DNA of 64,000 bases from an uncultured Spirochaetales bacterium (lineage in GTDB: Bacteria; UBP6; UBA1177; JAKLFG01). The DNA lies in contig CAYQBN010000001.1 of NCBI GenBank assembly GCA_964415795.1, forward strand, positions 212,164 through 276,163, in the 5' to 3' direction. Made by a program: the position numbers and the translations under genes. The notes below the pieces were generated by a model. That model was not told where the DNA came from and did not search any database. It was given only the letters and a program-made list of their open reading frames with translations. Shown in pieces: positions 45,420 through 55,547 of this stretch (positions are counted from its first letter, which is position 1; every line of letters starts with the position of its first letter).

Positions 45420-46751
45420 ATGCTCCGCATCATCCGCACCGACGATCCGTTCTTCAGCACCATCGCCGTCAGAGGGCGCATCGACTGGGGCTCCGGCGAC
45501 GCATCCGCGCTCCTCGACAAGGTCATCGCCGCGATGCGGCGCGGTGAGCCGGTCGCCGTCCCCTACGCCGAACACCTTTTCACCACGGAAGAGCGAGCGC
45601 TCCGTTTCCTCGACGCCGCATTTGCCGCGACCGCCGAGGTCGTCCTCTACTGCCGTGATCTTTTGCTCCCGCCGGTACTTCTCCGCTACGCGCTCATCGA
45701 AGAGGCACCCGACCATCGTGAGGAATTCCTGCCCCGCATCGAGCGGCTCCCCTTCTCGCCCGAGACGCGCCGGGCAATTGCCGAGAACCTCCGCGGATTC
45801 CCCGCGACGCGCCTCGCGGCGCTTCTCGACGAACTGGCGACAAAACCCGAAGAGAAAGCGGTGCCGACGCTCCTTTCCCACAAACGGGCGCTCCTCAAGC
45901 GCAACACGGTGCTTGAGGCGGTCACCGTCGAAAGCGGCCTCGACGACATCGGCGGACTCGCCGAACTCAAGCAGTGGATCATCGAGCGGCGCGGCAACTT
46001 CTCGCCCGAGGCGCGGGCCTTCGGCATCCCGATGCCCAAGGGGCTCCTTCTCCTCGGCGTGCAGGGGTGCGGCAAGAGCCTCACCGCCAAGAGCATCGCG
46101 AACATCTGGCGCTTTCCCCTCGTCCGGCTCGACTTCGTGAACCTCTTCCGGCAGGAGCGGAGCGTCGAGGAACTCGTGCGTGACGCGATCGCTGCCGCCG
46201 AATCGTTCGCTCCCCTCGTCCTCTGGATAGACGAGATAGAGAAGGCGCTTTTCCAAGAGGCGCAGTCGGCGGAGGTGCGCCGCGTCCTCGGCTGGCTCAT
46301 GACGTGGATGCAGGAGAAGACCGCCCCTGTCTTCCTCGTCGCCACAGCGAACAATGTCGAGATACTGCCGCCCGAACTTCTGCGCAAAGGGCGCTTCGAC
46401 GAGATATTCTTCGTGGACCTTCCCTCCGCCGAGGAGCGGACCGAGATACTCCGCATCCATCTTGCGCGCCGCCGCCGCGATCCGAACGCCTACGATGCAG
46501 CAAAGATCGCCGGAGCCGCCGAACACTTCTCGGGTGCCGAACTCGAACAGGTGGTCATCGACGCGCTCGTCGCCGACTACGCGAAAGGGCGCGACCTCAC
46601 CCAAAAGACGCTCGAAGAGGTGCTCCGCCGCACCGTACCGCTCGCCGTCACCTACGAAGAGCAGATAAAGAAACTCCGGATGTGGGCCCGCGGCCGCGCA
46701 CGCAACGCCTCGGGGAACCTCCGCATCGAGGCGCTCTTCCAGTCGCCCTAG
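45420..46751 (+). CDS. Classical AAA+ ATPase (Ycf46-like)
   Basis: [47 protein letters not shown]. Confidence 0.9.
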   Translation: MLRIIRTDDPFFSTIAVRGRIDWGSGDASALLDKVIAAMRRGEPVAVPYAEHLFTTEERALRFLDAAFAATAEVVLYCRDLLLPPVLLRYALIEEAPDHREEFLPRIERLPFSPETRRAIAENLRGFPATRLAALLDELATKPEEKAVPTLLSHKRALLKRNTVLEAVTVESGLDDIGGLAELKQWIIERRGNFSPEARAFGIPMPKGLLLLGVQGCGKSLTAKSIANIWRFPLVRLDFVNLFRQERSVEELVRDAIAAAESFAPLVLWIDEIEKALFQEAQSAEVRRVLGWLMTWMQEKTAPVFLVATANNVEILPPELLRKGRFDEIFFVDLPSAEERTEILRIHLARRRRDPNAYDAAKIAGAAEHFSGAELEQVVIDALVADYAKGRDLTQKTLEEVLRRTVPLAVTYEEQIKKLRMWARGRARNASGNLRIEALFQSP

Positions 46752-46760
46752 CACCGCGCG

Positions 46761-48077
46761 ATGTACCTCTCGGAACTCTCTGCCGCCACCGCAACGCTCG
46801 CCGACCTCGGTACCGGCGCGCTCGTGAACACCGTCTATCGCTCCTGCGGCGGCACGCTCGTCAAACTCTACGGCGCCCGCGAACCGCTCGAAGGTTTCTT
46901 CTTCTCGACGGCGAAGCGTCTCTTCTTCCCGGTCCGCGACATCGCCGCCTTCCCGCGCGAGGAGATAACGACCCTCGAATCGGCGCTCCGCAAGTACCTC
47001 GGTGGCAAACCGCTCGCCGCCACGACGGTCGAGACCGCGTATGGCCGTGTGGTCACCGTGCGCTTCGGGACGATAACGCTCGTCGTGCCGCTCTTCGCCG
47101 GCAAAGCGGTCTTCATCCGCGACGGAGAAGACGTCCTGCTCTGGCAGGAACACCCCGATGCGCCGCTCGAGCCGCTTTCCGCGCCGCTCGGCGACAAGGA
47201 GCCGCGACTCGACGACCCCTTCGACTGGGAATCGCGGTTCCTCGCCGAGGAAGAAGAACGCCGGAAGGAGGAGCACCGAAAACGGATCGAGGCGGCGCGT
47301 CGCACCCTCGCCGAGCGGATAGCCAAGATGCGCGCCGAACAGCGGCGGGCGCTCGAGCGTGCCGAAAGACATCGCACCGACGCCGAACTCATCAAGGCAT
47401 GGCTCTACACCCTGCCGGCGCAGGAGCGGCGCGCCTCGCTCACCCTCGTGGACCGCGACGAAACGGAGAAGACCATCGCCCTCGATCCCGAACGCACCAT
47501 CACCGAGAACATGAACGCCCTCTTCGCCGAGGCGAAACGGCTCCGGCGCGGCGCCGCGACCCTCGAGGCGCGCATCGCCGAGAACGAGCGGGCGCTCTCC
47601 GCGCTCGAAGAGACGCCACCGCCCGCCCCACGCCGCGAACGCGCCGAACGCCGCGAAACCTCCGCCAAAGAGGCGCACCGTCATCTTCCCTACCGCCGCT
47701 TCCGCGCCCCCTCCGGACGCCTCTTCCTCGTCGGCAAATCGGCCCGCGACAACGACGAACTCACCTTCAAGGTCTCCTCGCCGCACGACCTCTGGTTCCA
47801 CGCGCAGGGACAGGCGGGAAGCCATGTGATACTCCGCAAAGGCAAAGGAGAGGTCGCGACCGAGGAGGAGGTCTTCCTCGGCTGTTGCCTCGCCCTTTTC
47901 TACAGCAAGGCACGCACCGCGATGGAGGGTGAGGTCTGGTTCACCGAGCGGAAGTTCGTCCGCAAAAAGAAGGGGATGCCCCCCGGCATGGTGCTCGTCA
48001 CGCAGGGCAAGCCGAAGTTCGTTCGCGCCGATCCTTCGTTCTTTTCGAGGCTTACCCGCGAAGACGGCGACGAATGA
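46761..48077 (+). CDS. NFACT RNA-binding domain protein (RqcH/FbpA-like)
   Basis: Coiled coil, then VGKSARDNDELT, DLWFHA..QAGSHV, FYSKA, TERKFVRK..G.PPGMV. Confidence 0.85.
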   Translation: MYLSELSAATATLADLGTGALVNTVYRSCGGTLVKLYGAREPLEGFFFSTAKRLFFPVRDIAAFPREEITTLESALRKYLGGKPLAATTVETAYGRVVTVRFGTITLVVPLFAGKAVFIRDGEDVLLWQEHPDAPLEPLSAPLGDKEPRLDDPFDWESRFLAEEEERRKEEHRKRIEAARRTLAERIAKMRAEQRRALERAERHRTDAELIKAWLYTLPAQERRASLTLVDRDETEKTIALDPERTITENMNALFAEAKRLRRGAATLEARIAENERALSALEETPPPAPRRERAERRETSAKEAHRHLPYRRFRAPSGRLFLVGKSARDNDELTFKVSSPHDLWFHAQGQAGSHVILRKGKGEVATEEEVFLGCCLALFYSKARTAMEGEVWFTERKFVRKKKGMPPGMVLVTQGKPKFVRADPSFFSRLTREDGDE

Positions 48078-48173
48078 ACCGGCTTTTTTTGAATAAAACT
48101 TTTTTCACGCTATCCTTTTCACCACACGGCGGAACCGCGGTCCGCGTGAACAACTGAACGAAGGAGACAAACG

Positions 48174-48764
48174 ATGAGAACACTGATGCTTATTGCCGCG
48201 TTCCTCTTCGCCGCCGCCCCGCTGTGGGCCGATGCCGAGAGCGGCGAAGGATGTCTCGGTCTCGATCTCGGCTTCTCGTGGGGACACTACTACTACTCGC
48301 CGTTCCCCGACGCGATGGGCGCCAACATCGGCCTCCACTACGAACCGCCGCTCACCGAGGAACTCAATCTCGTGGTCGGCGCGCGCTACAACTTCCTCTA
48401 CTGGAGCGACACCTACGACGGAACCGAGGAGAACATGATGTACCACCTGTCGCAGGCGGGCGTCGGGATAAAGTTCCTCTTCGATGTCTACAACATCCTT
48501 CCCTATATGGGCGTCGGTTTCACCTTCAATGTGAACGCCTACGACCCGAACGACGCCTTCGCCGCGCGCCGCGACCGTCCCGCCGGCGTCCGGTTCGCTC
48601 CCGGCGTCTATTTCGATCTCGGCACCGACATCTACACCGGGGACGACTTCAGCGTCGGCCTCGACCTGCGCTACGACTGGATACTCGACTACCTCTACAA
48701 CGACATCAAGATACCGAATCTCTTCTCGTTCAACCTGCGACTCAACTTCCTCACGATCAACTGA
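48174..48764 (+). CDS. Small outer-membrane beta-barrel (OmpW/OmpA-like)
   Basis: Signal peptide, LPYMGVG, aromatic alternating strands. Confidence 0.65.
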   Translation: MRTLMLIAAFLFAAAPLWADAESGEGCLGLDLGFSWGHYYYSPFPDAMGANIGLHYEPPLTEELNLVVGARYNFLYWSDTYDGTEENMMYHLSQAGVGIKFLFDVYNILPYMGVGFTFNVNAYDPNDAFAARRDRPAGVRFAPGVYFDLGTDIYTGDDFSVGLDLRYDWILDYLYNDIKIPNLFSFNLRLNFLTIN

Positions 48765-49390
48765 TGACCGACCACACCGCCCGACGAAGAGACCTCGAAG
48801 AACTTGCGCGGCGTCTTACCTCGCCGCACGACATTCAGCGGCTTCTCAACAACCTCCCCTACTCGACCCACAAAGCGTGCCTCTCGCCGTGGCGCGTCCT
48901 CAAAGAGCAGAGCGCCCACTGCGCCGAAGGCGCCTACCTCGCGGCAGCGATATTCGCCCTGCAGGGAGGAAAACCGCTCGTCGTCGACCTCCTCGCAGAG
49001 AACGACGACGACCATCTCATCGCGCCGTTCCGCATCGACGGCCGCTGGGGCGCCGTCGCCAAGTCGAACACGACGATGCTCCGCTACCGCGAACCGGTAT
49101 ACGAGAACCTGCGTGAACTCGTCATGTCCTACTTCGACTGCTACTTCAATACCAACGGCTTCAAGTCGCTCCGCGCTTACTCAGAATCAGTGAACCTCGA
49201 CGAGATCGACGGCCCCGACTGGATGACGAGCGACGACGACCTCAACTTCATCGGGGAACGGATCACGGCGATGCCACACCACGCCATCGTGGACGAAAAG
49301 ATGCGTTCACGACTCTCCCCTGCCGACCCCGACCTCGTGAAAGCCTGCTTCCTCGGCTCCCGCGAAGAGGGTCTCTTCAAACCGCGGTGA
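48764..49390 (+). CDS. Conserved hypothetical protein with transglutaminase-like Cys/His motifs
   Basis: TGATG coupling to the upstream gene; AHCAEGA, DDDHLIA, WGAVAKSN...LRYREPVY. Confidence 0.65.
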   Translation: MTDHTARRRDLEELARRLTSPHDIQRLLNNLPYSTHKACLSPWRVLKEQSAHCAEGAYLAAAIFALQGGKPLVVDLLAENDDDHLIAPFRIDGRWGAVAKSNTTMLRYREPVYENLRELVMSYFDCYFNTNGFKSLRAYSESVNLDEIDGPDWMTSDDDLNFIGERITAMPHHAIVDEKMRSRLSPADPDLVKACFLGSREEGLFKPR

Positions 49391-49394
49391 GAAC

Positions 49395-49459
49395 AACTCA
49401 CCCCGCTTCGCTACGCTCCGTCTCCCCTCTCTTACCACGAGAGGGGTCGGGGGTGAGTT
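49395..49459. repeat. 65-bp REP-like nested inverted repeat between convergent genes
   Basis: AACTCACCCC...GGGGTGAGTT enclosing CCCCTCTC/GAGAGGGG. Confidence 0.7.
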
Positions 49460-50003
49460 TCCGCTCCCTCACCTTCACCGCCGGATTTCCCTGATAGATA
49501 CCGTAGGGTTCGAGGTCTTTCGTCGCGACCGAGCCGACGGTGAGGATCGCGTGGGTCCCCACCCGCACCCCCGGGCACACCACCGCCTTGGCTCCGATCC
49601 ACGCGCCGTCCTCTATCGTGATGGGCCCGACGATGAGGTCGAACGACTCCTTCTTGTAGTCGTGGTTGCCGCAAAGCAGCATCGCCCCCTGCGAGAGCGC
49701 CACATGGCTCCCGATGGTCACCTTCCCGAGGTTGTCTATCCAGACCCCCTCGCCGATCCAGACATGGTCGCCCACCTCGAGGAACCACGGGTACTTGATG
49801 TTCACCTTCGGCTTTATCACGACCCCGCGCCCCAGTTTCGCCCCGAAGAAGCGGAGCGCAAAACGCTTCACCCACATCGGCCACGGCAGGTAGGTGTTAA
49901 GAAGGATGCGCCCCTTGATGAACCAGAGGAGCCGCCGCAGGAAGCACCCCGGCCGGTACCACGCGTTGTTGAACTTCGACAGGTCGACCGCATTTTTCAT
50001 CAT
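49398..50003 (-). CDS. wcaF: WcaF-like polysaccharide acetyltransferase (left-handed beta-helix)
   Basis: LRFFGAKLG, KPKVNIKYPWFL..GDHVWIGE, LCGNHDY, IYQGNPA. Confidence 0.85.
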   Translation of the reverse strand: MMKNAVDLSKFNNAWYRPGCFLRRLLWFIKGRILLNTYLPWPMWVKRFALRFFGAKLGRGVVIKPKVNIKYPWFLEVGDHVWIGEGVWIDNLGKVTIGSHVALSQGAMLLCGNHDYKKESFDLIVGPITIEDGAWIGAKAVVCPGVRVGTHAILTVGSVATKDLEPYGIYQGNPAVKVRERKLTPDPSRGKRGETERSEAG

Positions 50004-50078
50004 AGTGTCCTTCTACTCTCCTCCCGATTTGGCCAACCAAACAGGAGCATGCTCCTTTTTTATCCAGAGGCAAGACTT

Positions 50079-50999
50079 TTAGAGGCCGGGGGTGAGTTCG
50101 ATCCCCAGGACCTCCTTTATCGCCTCCCGCATCGAAACGCCTTTTTCTTTCGCGTACTTCTCGGTCTGGTAGATCTTCGCGTCCACGAGGAAGCGGTACC
50201 AGAACCCCTGCAGGAAATGGAAGATGAGTCCCGGCATCCCGTCGAGGAAACCGAGTTTCAGGAAGTAGCGGTACTTCCAGTAGATGAACGCCCGGAGGAA
50301 GAGCGGCAGGCGGTAGTAGAAGTTTTCCTTAAGCCACCGTTTTCGCTCGGTAGTGGTGGTCCCGCTCATCGAGCCGACCGAATCGAGTCTGAGCAGATCG
50401 TACTTCTGAACGAGGTATTCCGCCGCTTCGCGCGACGAATAACCGTTGTGTTTCTTCGTGAAATCAGTGAGCGAATACATCCGGTCATGGTTCATCTCGA
50501 GGACATCGATGTTCGACTTCACCGTCGATCCCTCGACCCGGATATGCTCATCCATGAATCGGTCTTCCATCGCCCCCTTCGATTTTCGGTAGACCCGCAG
50601 GAAGTAATTGGGATAAAATGCGCCGTGCTTTATCCACCGTCCCATAAAAAATATCTTCATTTTCACATAGATGCCGTCGTACTTCCCCGACTCGATGAGT
50701 TCCTTCAGTTCGGCGAACCCCTCCGGTGTCCACCGCTCGTCGGCATCGAGACGAAGGATCCACTCGTTCCGTGGGTTAGTGTTGTTCATCGCCCAAATGT
50801 ACTGCGTGGCGTAATTCACCCACTTGTTTTGGAATATGCGATCTGTGTATCGTCGCGCGATCTCGAGCGTTTTATCGGTCGAGAAACAATCCACGACAAT
50901 GATCTCGTCGATGAACGGAGCCACCGAATCGAGACAGGCAGGCAGATTCCGCTCTTCGTTGAGCGTCATCACGATGGCGGTGATGGGGAGTTTGCTCAT
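50079..50999 (-). CDS. Glycosyltransferase family 2
   Basis: TLNEERNL, VVDCFSTD, LRLDADE, FLQGFWYRFLVD. Confidence 0.9.
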   Translation of the reverse strand: MSKLPITAIVMTLNEERNLPACLDSVAPFIDEIIVVDCFSTDKTLEIARRYTDRIFQNKWVNYATQYIWAMNNTNPRNEWILRLDADERWTPEGFAELKELIESGKYDGIYVKMKIFFMGRWIKHGAFYPNYFLRVYRKSKGAMEDRFMDEHIRVEGSTVKSNIDVLEMNHDRMYSLTDFTKKHNGYSSREAAEYLVQKYDLLRLDSVGSMSGTTTTERKRWLKENFYYRLPLFLRAFIYWKYRYFLKLGFLDGMPGLIFHFLQGFWYRFLVDAKIYQTEKYAKEKGVSMREAIKEVLGIELTPGL

Positions 51000-52186
51000 T
51001 TTTTTATCACCCTTTCATACATCTTCACATACTTTTCTATCAACGCTTCGCCTCTGTACTCCCGCGCCAGCATTATCGCGTTCTCCTTCATACTTTTTCG
51101 TTCAGTATCGCTCTGTGCAAAGAACCGTTCCAACGCCCGCGCGAGCGACGCCGGACCGTTCGGCACCCAGTAACCGGCCCCTTTCTGTTCGAGCACCTGC
51201 CACGGCGTTTTGTTCGAGGCGATGACCGGCACTCCCTGGGCGAGCGATTCGAGCACCACCATCCCGAAGTTCTCCGACTCCGACGGCAGAACGAACACCT
51301 CGGCGTGGCGGTAAAGCGTCGCCTTGGCGCGCCCCTCCACCCGCTTTTCAGTAAAGACAACGCGGTCCCCAAGGTTCAACTTTTCGACCAGCCCCTTCAA
51401 CGTCCGTGTGTATTCAGGAACCTCGCCGGTCCATCCCGCGATTACGAGTTTCAGATCGTTATCCCGCAGTGTCAATTTTGCGAATCCTTCTATGAGATTT
51501 TCTATCCTCTTTTTCGGATGGATACGGCCAAGGTGAAGAAGGTATCGGAACGGATACGGCGAATCTTCGTCTCCGGGAACAAAAATTTCTTCACCAAAGA
51601 GAATAGGTATGTTATGAATTCTTCTGTCGAGTGATTCGCCAGTATAGTCCTTTATGAATTCCCTTACATATCTTTCTTCCTCGTCTGAAGTGACATGGAA
51701 ATGGCATCCGGTCAGTCCTTTCTTCACCCATGGCATCGAGAGGAACATTTTCTTTTTCAGTGTTCCACGGCTGAAAGTGTAAGGGAGAAGCGACCCGTGA
51801 GGTGTCCAAACAAGCGGTATATTATGTTCTTTGGCATATCCTGCCGAGATATGAGAAAGTATGGTATAGAGCATATTGGTGTTCATAACATCGCAGGAGA
51901 CATCTTTCAGAATACCGGTCAGCAAGAATGGCCGTGCAAGTAACAAGAGGTCGAGAACAAACGGCCGCTTCGTTTTGGGCATCCGTATGTAGTAAACTTG
52001 AACACCGTCAACATCTATCCATTGGTCGAAAGGAATGCCCGCATCATCCGAGATATCGAAATTAGTAGTTATTACCTGAACCCTATGACCTCTTTTGACT
52101 AGTCCTTTCCCTAGGTCGTGGACCGAGTTGCATGGTCCGCCCTGCTGACTTGGATAATAACTGCCGATGGAAAAGAGAATGTTCAT
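50996..52186 (-). CDS. Glycosyltransferase family 4
   Basis: WTPHGSL, LGRIHPKK, PSESENFGMVVLESLA. Confidence 0.9.
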   Translation of the reverse strand: MNILFSIGSYYPSQQGGPCNSVHDLGKGLVKRGHRVQVITTNFDISDDAGIPFDQWIDVDGVQVYYIRMPKTKRPFVLDLLLLARPFLLTGILKDVSCDVMNTNMLYTILSHISAGYAKEHNIPLVWTPHGSLLPYTFSRGTLKKKMFLSMPWVKKGLTGCHFHVTSDEEERYVREFIKDYTGESLDRRIHNIPILFGEEIFVPGDEDSPYPFRYLLHLGRIHPKKRIENLIEGFAKLTLRDNDLKLVIAGWTGEVPEYTRTLKGLVEKLNLGDRVVFTEKRVEGRAKATLYRHAEVFVLPSESENFGMVVLESLAQGVPVIASNKTPWQVLEQKGAGYWVPNGPASLARALERFFAQSDTERKSMKENAIMLAREYRGEALIEKYVKMYERVIKK

Positions 52187-52214
52187 GTCTCTCCTTAGAG
52201 GTATATTACAAAAA

Positions 52215-52892
52215 TTATTTCACCTCACGTTCGGTGCGGTGGAAATAAACAACTTCTTTTTTATCAAATGTTTTAATTGGCTTTGCAGGAACACCACCAT
52301 AAAGCCAGCCCTCCTCAGTATACTTAGAGGCTAGTACTGCTCCAGCCGCTAAAACAGAATAACTTGGAAGGATTGTGCCTTTCAGGATTATGCAGCCAGT
52401 CGAAACAAAACAGTATTTCCCGATGATGACAGATTCTGCATCTTGTCGATTCTTATAGATATCAATACTATGAGTTAGTATTTGTGTGCCCAGTCCTGCT
52501 ATTGTAGTAAAGTCACCGACATAGACTCCTCCGTTGCAATCTATATAGTGCCGACTTGTGATACTAACCGATTCTCCTAATACTAGTTCACATTTTCTTT
52601 CTGGTCTATGTTTGAACGAATCAAAATCATCTCTCACAGGAAATCCGGTGATATAAACATTTGATCCAATGAAAGAATTTTTCCCAATACTTAGAAGATC
52701 AATGTTTTTGCAAAAAGTTAAGTGTCCAATTCTCGCGCCTTCTGCCATTTTCAAATGCTTTGCAAGAATAATGCTCATTCCTATTTTTGCAGTAGGAGCA
52801 ATATCATAACCCCAAAACAGACTCATTAACCATCTTCTCAAAAACCAAGGAAACAACCAGATCCCTACCTGAACCAACACCGCGGCAAACAT
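52215..52892 (-). CDS. Hexapeptide-repeat acyltransferase
   Basis: ITSRHYIDC, QILTHSID, IGKYCFV, GGVPAK. Confidence 0.85.
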   Translation of the reverse strand: MFAAVLVQVGIWLFPWFLRRWLMSLFWGYDIAPTAKIGMSIILAKHLKMAEGARIGHLTFCKNIDLLSIGKNSFIGSNVYITGFPVRDDFDSFKHRPERKCELVLGESVSITSRHYIDCNGGVYVGDFTTIAGLGTQILTHSIDIYKNRQDAESVIIGKYCFVSTGCIILKGTILPSYSVLAAGAVLASKYTEEGWLYGGVPAKPIKTFDKKEVVYFHRTEREVK

Positions 52893-52901
52893 GGCTTCTC
52901 C

Positions 52902-53768
52902 CTACAGGTATTTAAACACTTCGGTTATATGCTTTCCTTTAAATCTCCAAGTATCTATCCATGCCCATAGATAAGAACCCGAAAGTACCTTCACTACAAA
53001 GAGAAGTTTTTCATAGAAGAAAGCATTATTCCACTGGTATCTATCAGACAACAATGCTCTTTCTTTAAGAAAAGCAAATTCTGGATCGTTGTCAAAAGCA
53101 TGCGAAGTTCTAGAGAATTCGTGTATCCGAAATCCCCAAAAATAATGTTTCAACCGAAGAAAAGGTATGTTTAGTTTTGCAAATTTTCCCCACAAATCTA
53201 CATCCATTGCATAACGAAGGTTTTCATCAAAACCTGAGGCCATTGCAAAAATATCCCTGCTAAAAAAAGATGTTGGACCATGAACATACGGAGGCATCTT
53301 TTTGCTGAAAATTTTTATCCAAGAAGGTCCTTGAGAGCACCACAAGATTTTTCCATCTTTTGAAAAGAAAATGGTATTTCCTACAACCCACCGACATGTT
53401 CTATTCTTCTCGAGGCAATCTCGTACCCTTGCAAGGGTATTAGGCAGCAACAAATCGTCTGCATTCAGCCAAGTAAAAAATTTACCTCGCGCCCGGGAAA
53501 ATCCTTTATTGAATGCATGACTTTGTCCCCTATCCTTTTCGGAGCACCACCATGCGATGCGGTGTTCATACTTTTTGATGATCTCGACACTGTTGTCGGT
53601 ACTGCCGCCGTCAACCACAATGAGTTCAAAATCCTGACACGATTGAGTGAGAACCGATAAAATGGCCTCCTCTAAGAATCGCCCGTGGTTATAGTTTGCA
53701 ATGACAATCGAAAAAAAAGGATCTTTCAAATCACCGGTAGATGGTCTCTCCTGATTAAAGGTAGTCAT
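52902..53768 (-). CDS. Glycosyltransferase family 2
   Basis: SIVIANYN, VDGGSTD, GQSHAFNKG, WLNADD. Start ATG 53768 by ATGA overlap. Confidence 0.9.
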   Translation of the reverse strand: MTTFNQERPSTGDLKDPFFSIVIANYNHGRFLEEAILSVLTQSCQDFELIVVDGGSTDNSVEIIKKYEHRIAWWCSEKDRGQSHAFNKGFSRARGKFFTWLNADDLLLPNTLARVRDCLEKNRTCRWVVGNTIFFSKDGKILWCSQGPSWIKIFSKKMPPYVHGPTSFFSRDIFAMASGFDENLRYAMDVDLWGKFAKLNIPFLRLKHYFWGFRIHEFSRTSHAFDNDPEFAFLKERALLSDRYQWNNAFFYEKLLFVVKVLSGSYLWAWIDTWRFKGKHITEVFKYL

Positions 53769-54913
53769 AAATAGTTCATTATCTCTTGTTCTATACGCTC
53801 TGCTATTGCATCCCAATTGAGGTATTTTTTGTATTTTCTAAAAGCATTTAGAGAAAACAAACGATAGGTATCAGGCGATTCCAGCAATTCTTTTATTTTT
53901 GTTACCATCTCATCGATAGCAGCATTAAGCGGAAAGAGCAAACCGGTAGTCTTATCCTCCACGGCAGCACTCACTCCCCCTGTATTATAGGCGATAGAAG
54001 GAAGCGCAAAAGAGGCCGCCTCTGCGAAAACAATACCCATCGCCTCTGCATGTGTTGGCAAAACAAAAAGCGTTGCCTCTTCAAACAACTGTTTTAATCG
54101 GCAAAGCTCTACCGGATTTTTTCTAGAAAGAAAAGGTTCAATCCGCACATAATCGTTATTATGGATGTTTTTCGGTGGACGGCACCCAACAACTGTCAAG
54201 GTTATAGGGAATCCCTGTCTACGAAGTTTCTTTACAATCTCGTAAGCCACAGATCCTCCTTTGCGTTCCCAATCAATCCCTACGAACAAAAAATTCTTAT
54301 GGAGGTTTGTTATTCTCTTCTCAATTACTGAAAGAACTTTTTCTTCTGTAAAGCCAGAGGTAAGGTTGGCTCCTCGACCAACTGCTACAAACTTTTCCCT
54401 AGGCAAGCCATACGCGAGAGCAGTCTCATCGCATGCCCATTCCGATGCGAGAAAGGCTTTAGTCACACATTGGAAACTGCTCCTATCAACCAGCAACGCT
54501 TCCTTTTGGGAGGGGGGAAAAAGATCTGTTGCAAATGGATAATAGTTCAATGCATTGTAAAAACTAAAATCCCCATATGTAAAAATCGGTTTCCGGGATT
54601 TTACTCCGGTTATCATCACCGTATCGCAAGAGAAAATGGCATCGTATTCCAAGGTATTGACAAAAGGTTGCATTTGACGTGCGTATGCTCTAACCGTGCG
54701 CCATGAATGAACAGATGCGAACCGCCAAGGAAAAAGACCATGATTTTTCAATCGATTAAGAACTCCGTATAAAGGGTTCTTTTCCAACTTGAGTGGACCG
54801 ACAGTCACAAGTTCAAATCTCTTTTGCATAGCTTTGTATATTTCAGAGAAACTACCGGATCCGTGACGAATATCTTCGATACTGGTCGGTAAGGGGAACA
54901 GAAGTTTTTTCAA
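53765..54913 (-). CDS. Glycosyltransferase family 4
   Basis: FVGIDWERKGG, LPTHAEAMGIVFAEA, TGG; TTG start. Confidence 0.9.
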   Translation of the reverse strand: MKKLLFPLPTSIEDIRHGSGSFSEIYKAMQKRFELVTVGPLKLEKNPLYGVLNRLKNHGLFPWRFASVHSWRTVRAYARQMQPFVNTLEYDAIFSCDTVMITGVKSRKPIFTYGDFSFYNALNYYPFATDLFPPSQKEALLVDRSSFQCVTKAFLASEWACDETALAYGLPREKFVAVGRGANLTSGFTEEKVLSVIEKRITNLHKNFLFVGIDWERKGGSVAYEIVKKLRRQGFPITLTVVGCRPPKNIHNNDYVRIEPFLSRKNPVELCRLKQLFEEATLFVLPTHAEAMGIVFAEAASFALPSIAYNTGGVSAAVEDKTTGLLFPLNAAIDEMVTKIKELLESPDTYRLFSLNAFRKYKKYLNWDAIAERIEQEIMNYL

Positions 54914-54917
54914 TCAA

Positions 54918-55547
54918 CTATCTCCTAAAAACATTTTCCACTTTTGTCTTAAGGCGGCTAAGAAGAGACTCATCATCCGGTAAGTACTGATGTTTGTTCA
55001 GTGCCCTCATCATGCGGTTGACATGCGCATGTTTTTTTCTGACTAAAAGAGCCATCGTATCCGCGCGATCTTTGCACTCTCCGAACTCTAATAAAAAGTG
55101 GTACCGTGTTCTGTTCCAAAAATCATGAATCAATACCGGACATTGAGGAACAGAAAGAAACGCCGCTAAGACGCATGCCCCTCTAAATATTCCATCCACT
55201 AAAATAAAATCATACTCTTTCCCCTCAGCAAAGGGTAACAAAGAGTAAGTAGGCCACAAATAACGACGATCTTTTTCTCAAGGACGTCCCCATGCGCTAA
55301 TGGGGCCAATATCTATAAAATGAAAAGTTAGTCTTCCTGTTGTACAAGCCGCTGATATGGGAGATAGGGAAAGCAGGGTTTTTTCCGCAAAACTCCGATC
55401 CGACTCAATTACATCTATCTTCTCGATAGTAGGCATCTCTACTGCCATCTTCGTGCTATCGCCGCTTCCGAACTCAAGATAGCGACGACACCGAGAAAGA
55501 TGTTCTCTAAGAAGCATGGTTTCTGCTTTACTCATGGTGGTGCTCAT
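54918..55547 (-). pseudogene. Methyltransferase-like protein interrupted by one in-frame TGA (55278-55280)
   Basis: YLEFGSGDST...IDIGP..AWGRP*EKDRRYLWPTY...FILVDG..R; both halves in the same frame. Confidence 0.7.

Noticed and set aside
55278-55280. Selenocysteine or alternative-code reading of the in-frame TGA
   Set aside because: TGA is used as a normal stop throughout the window, the position is not a redox motif, and no convincing SECIS-like hairpin follows.
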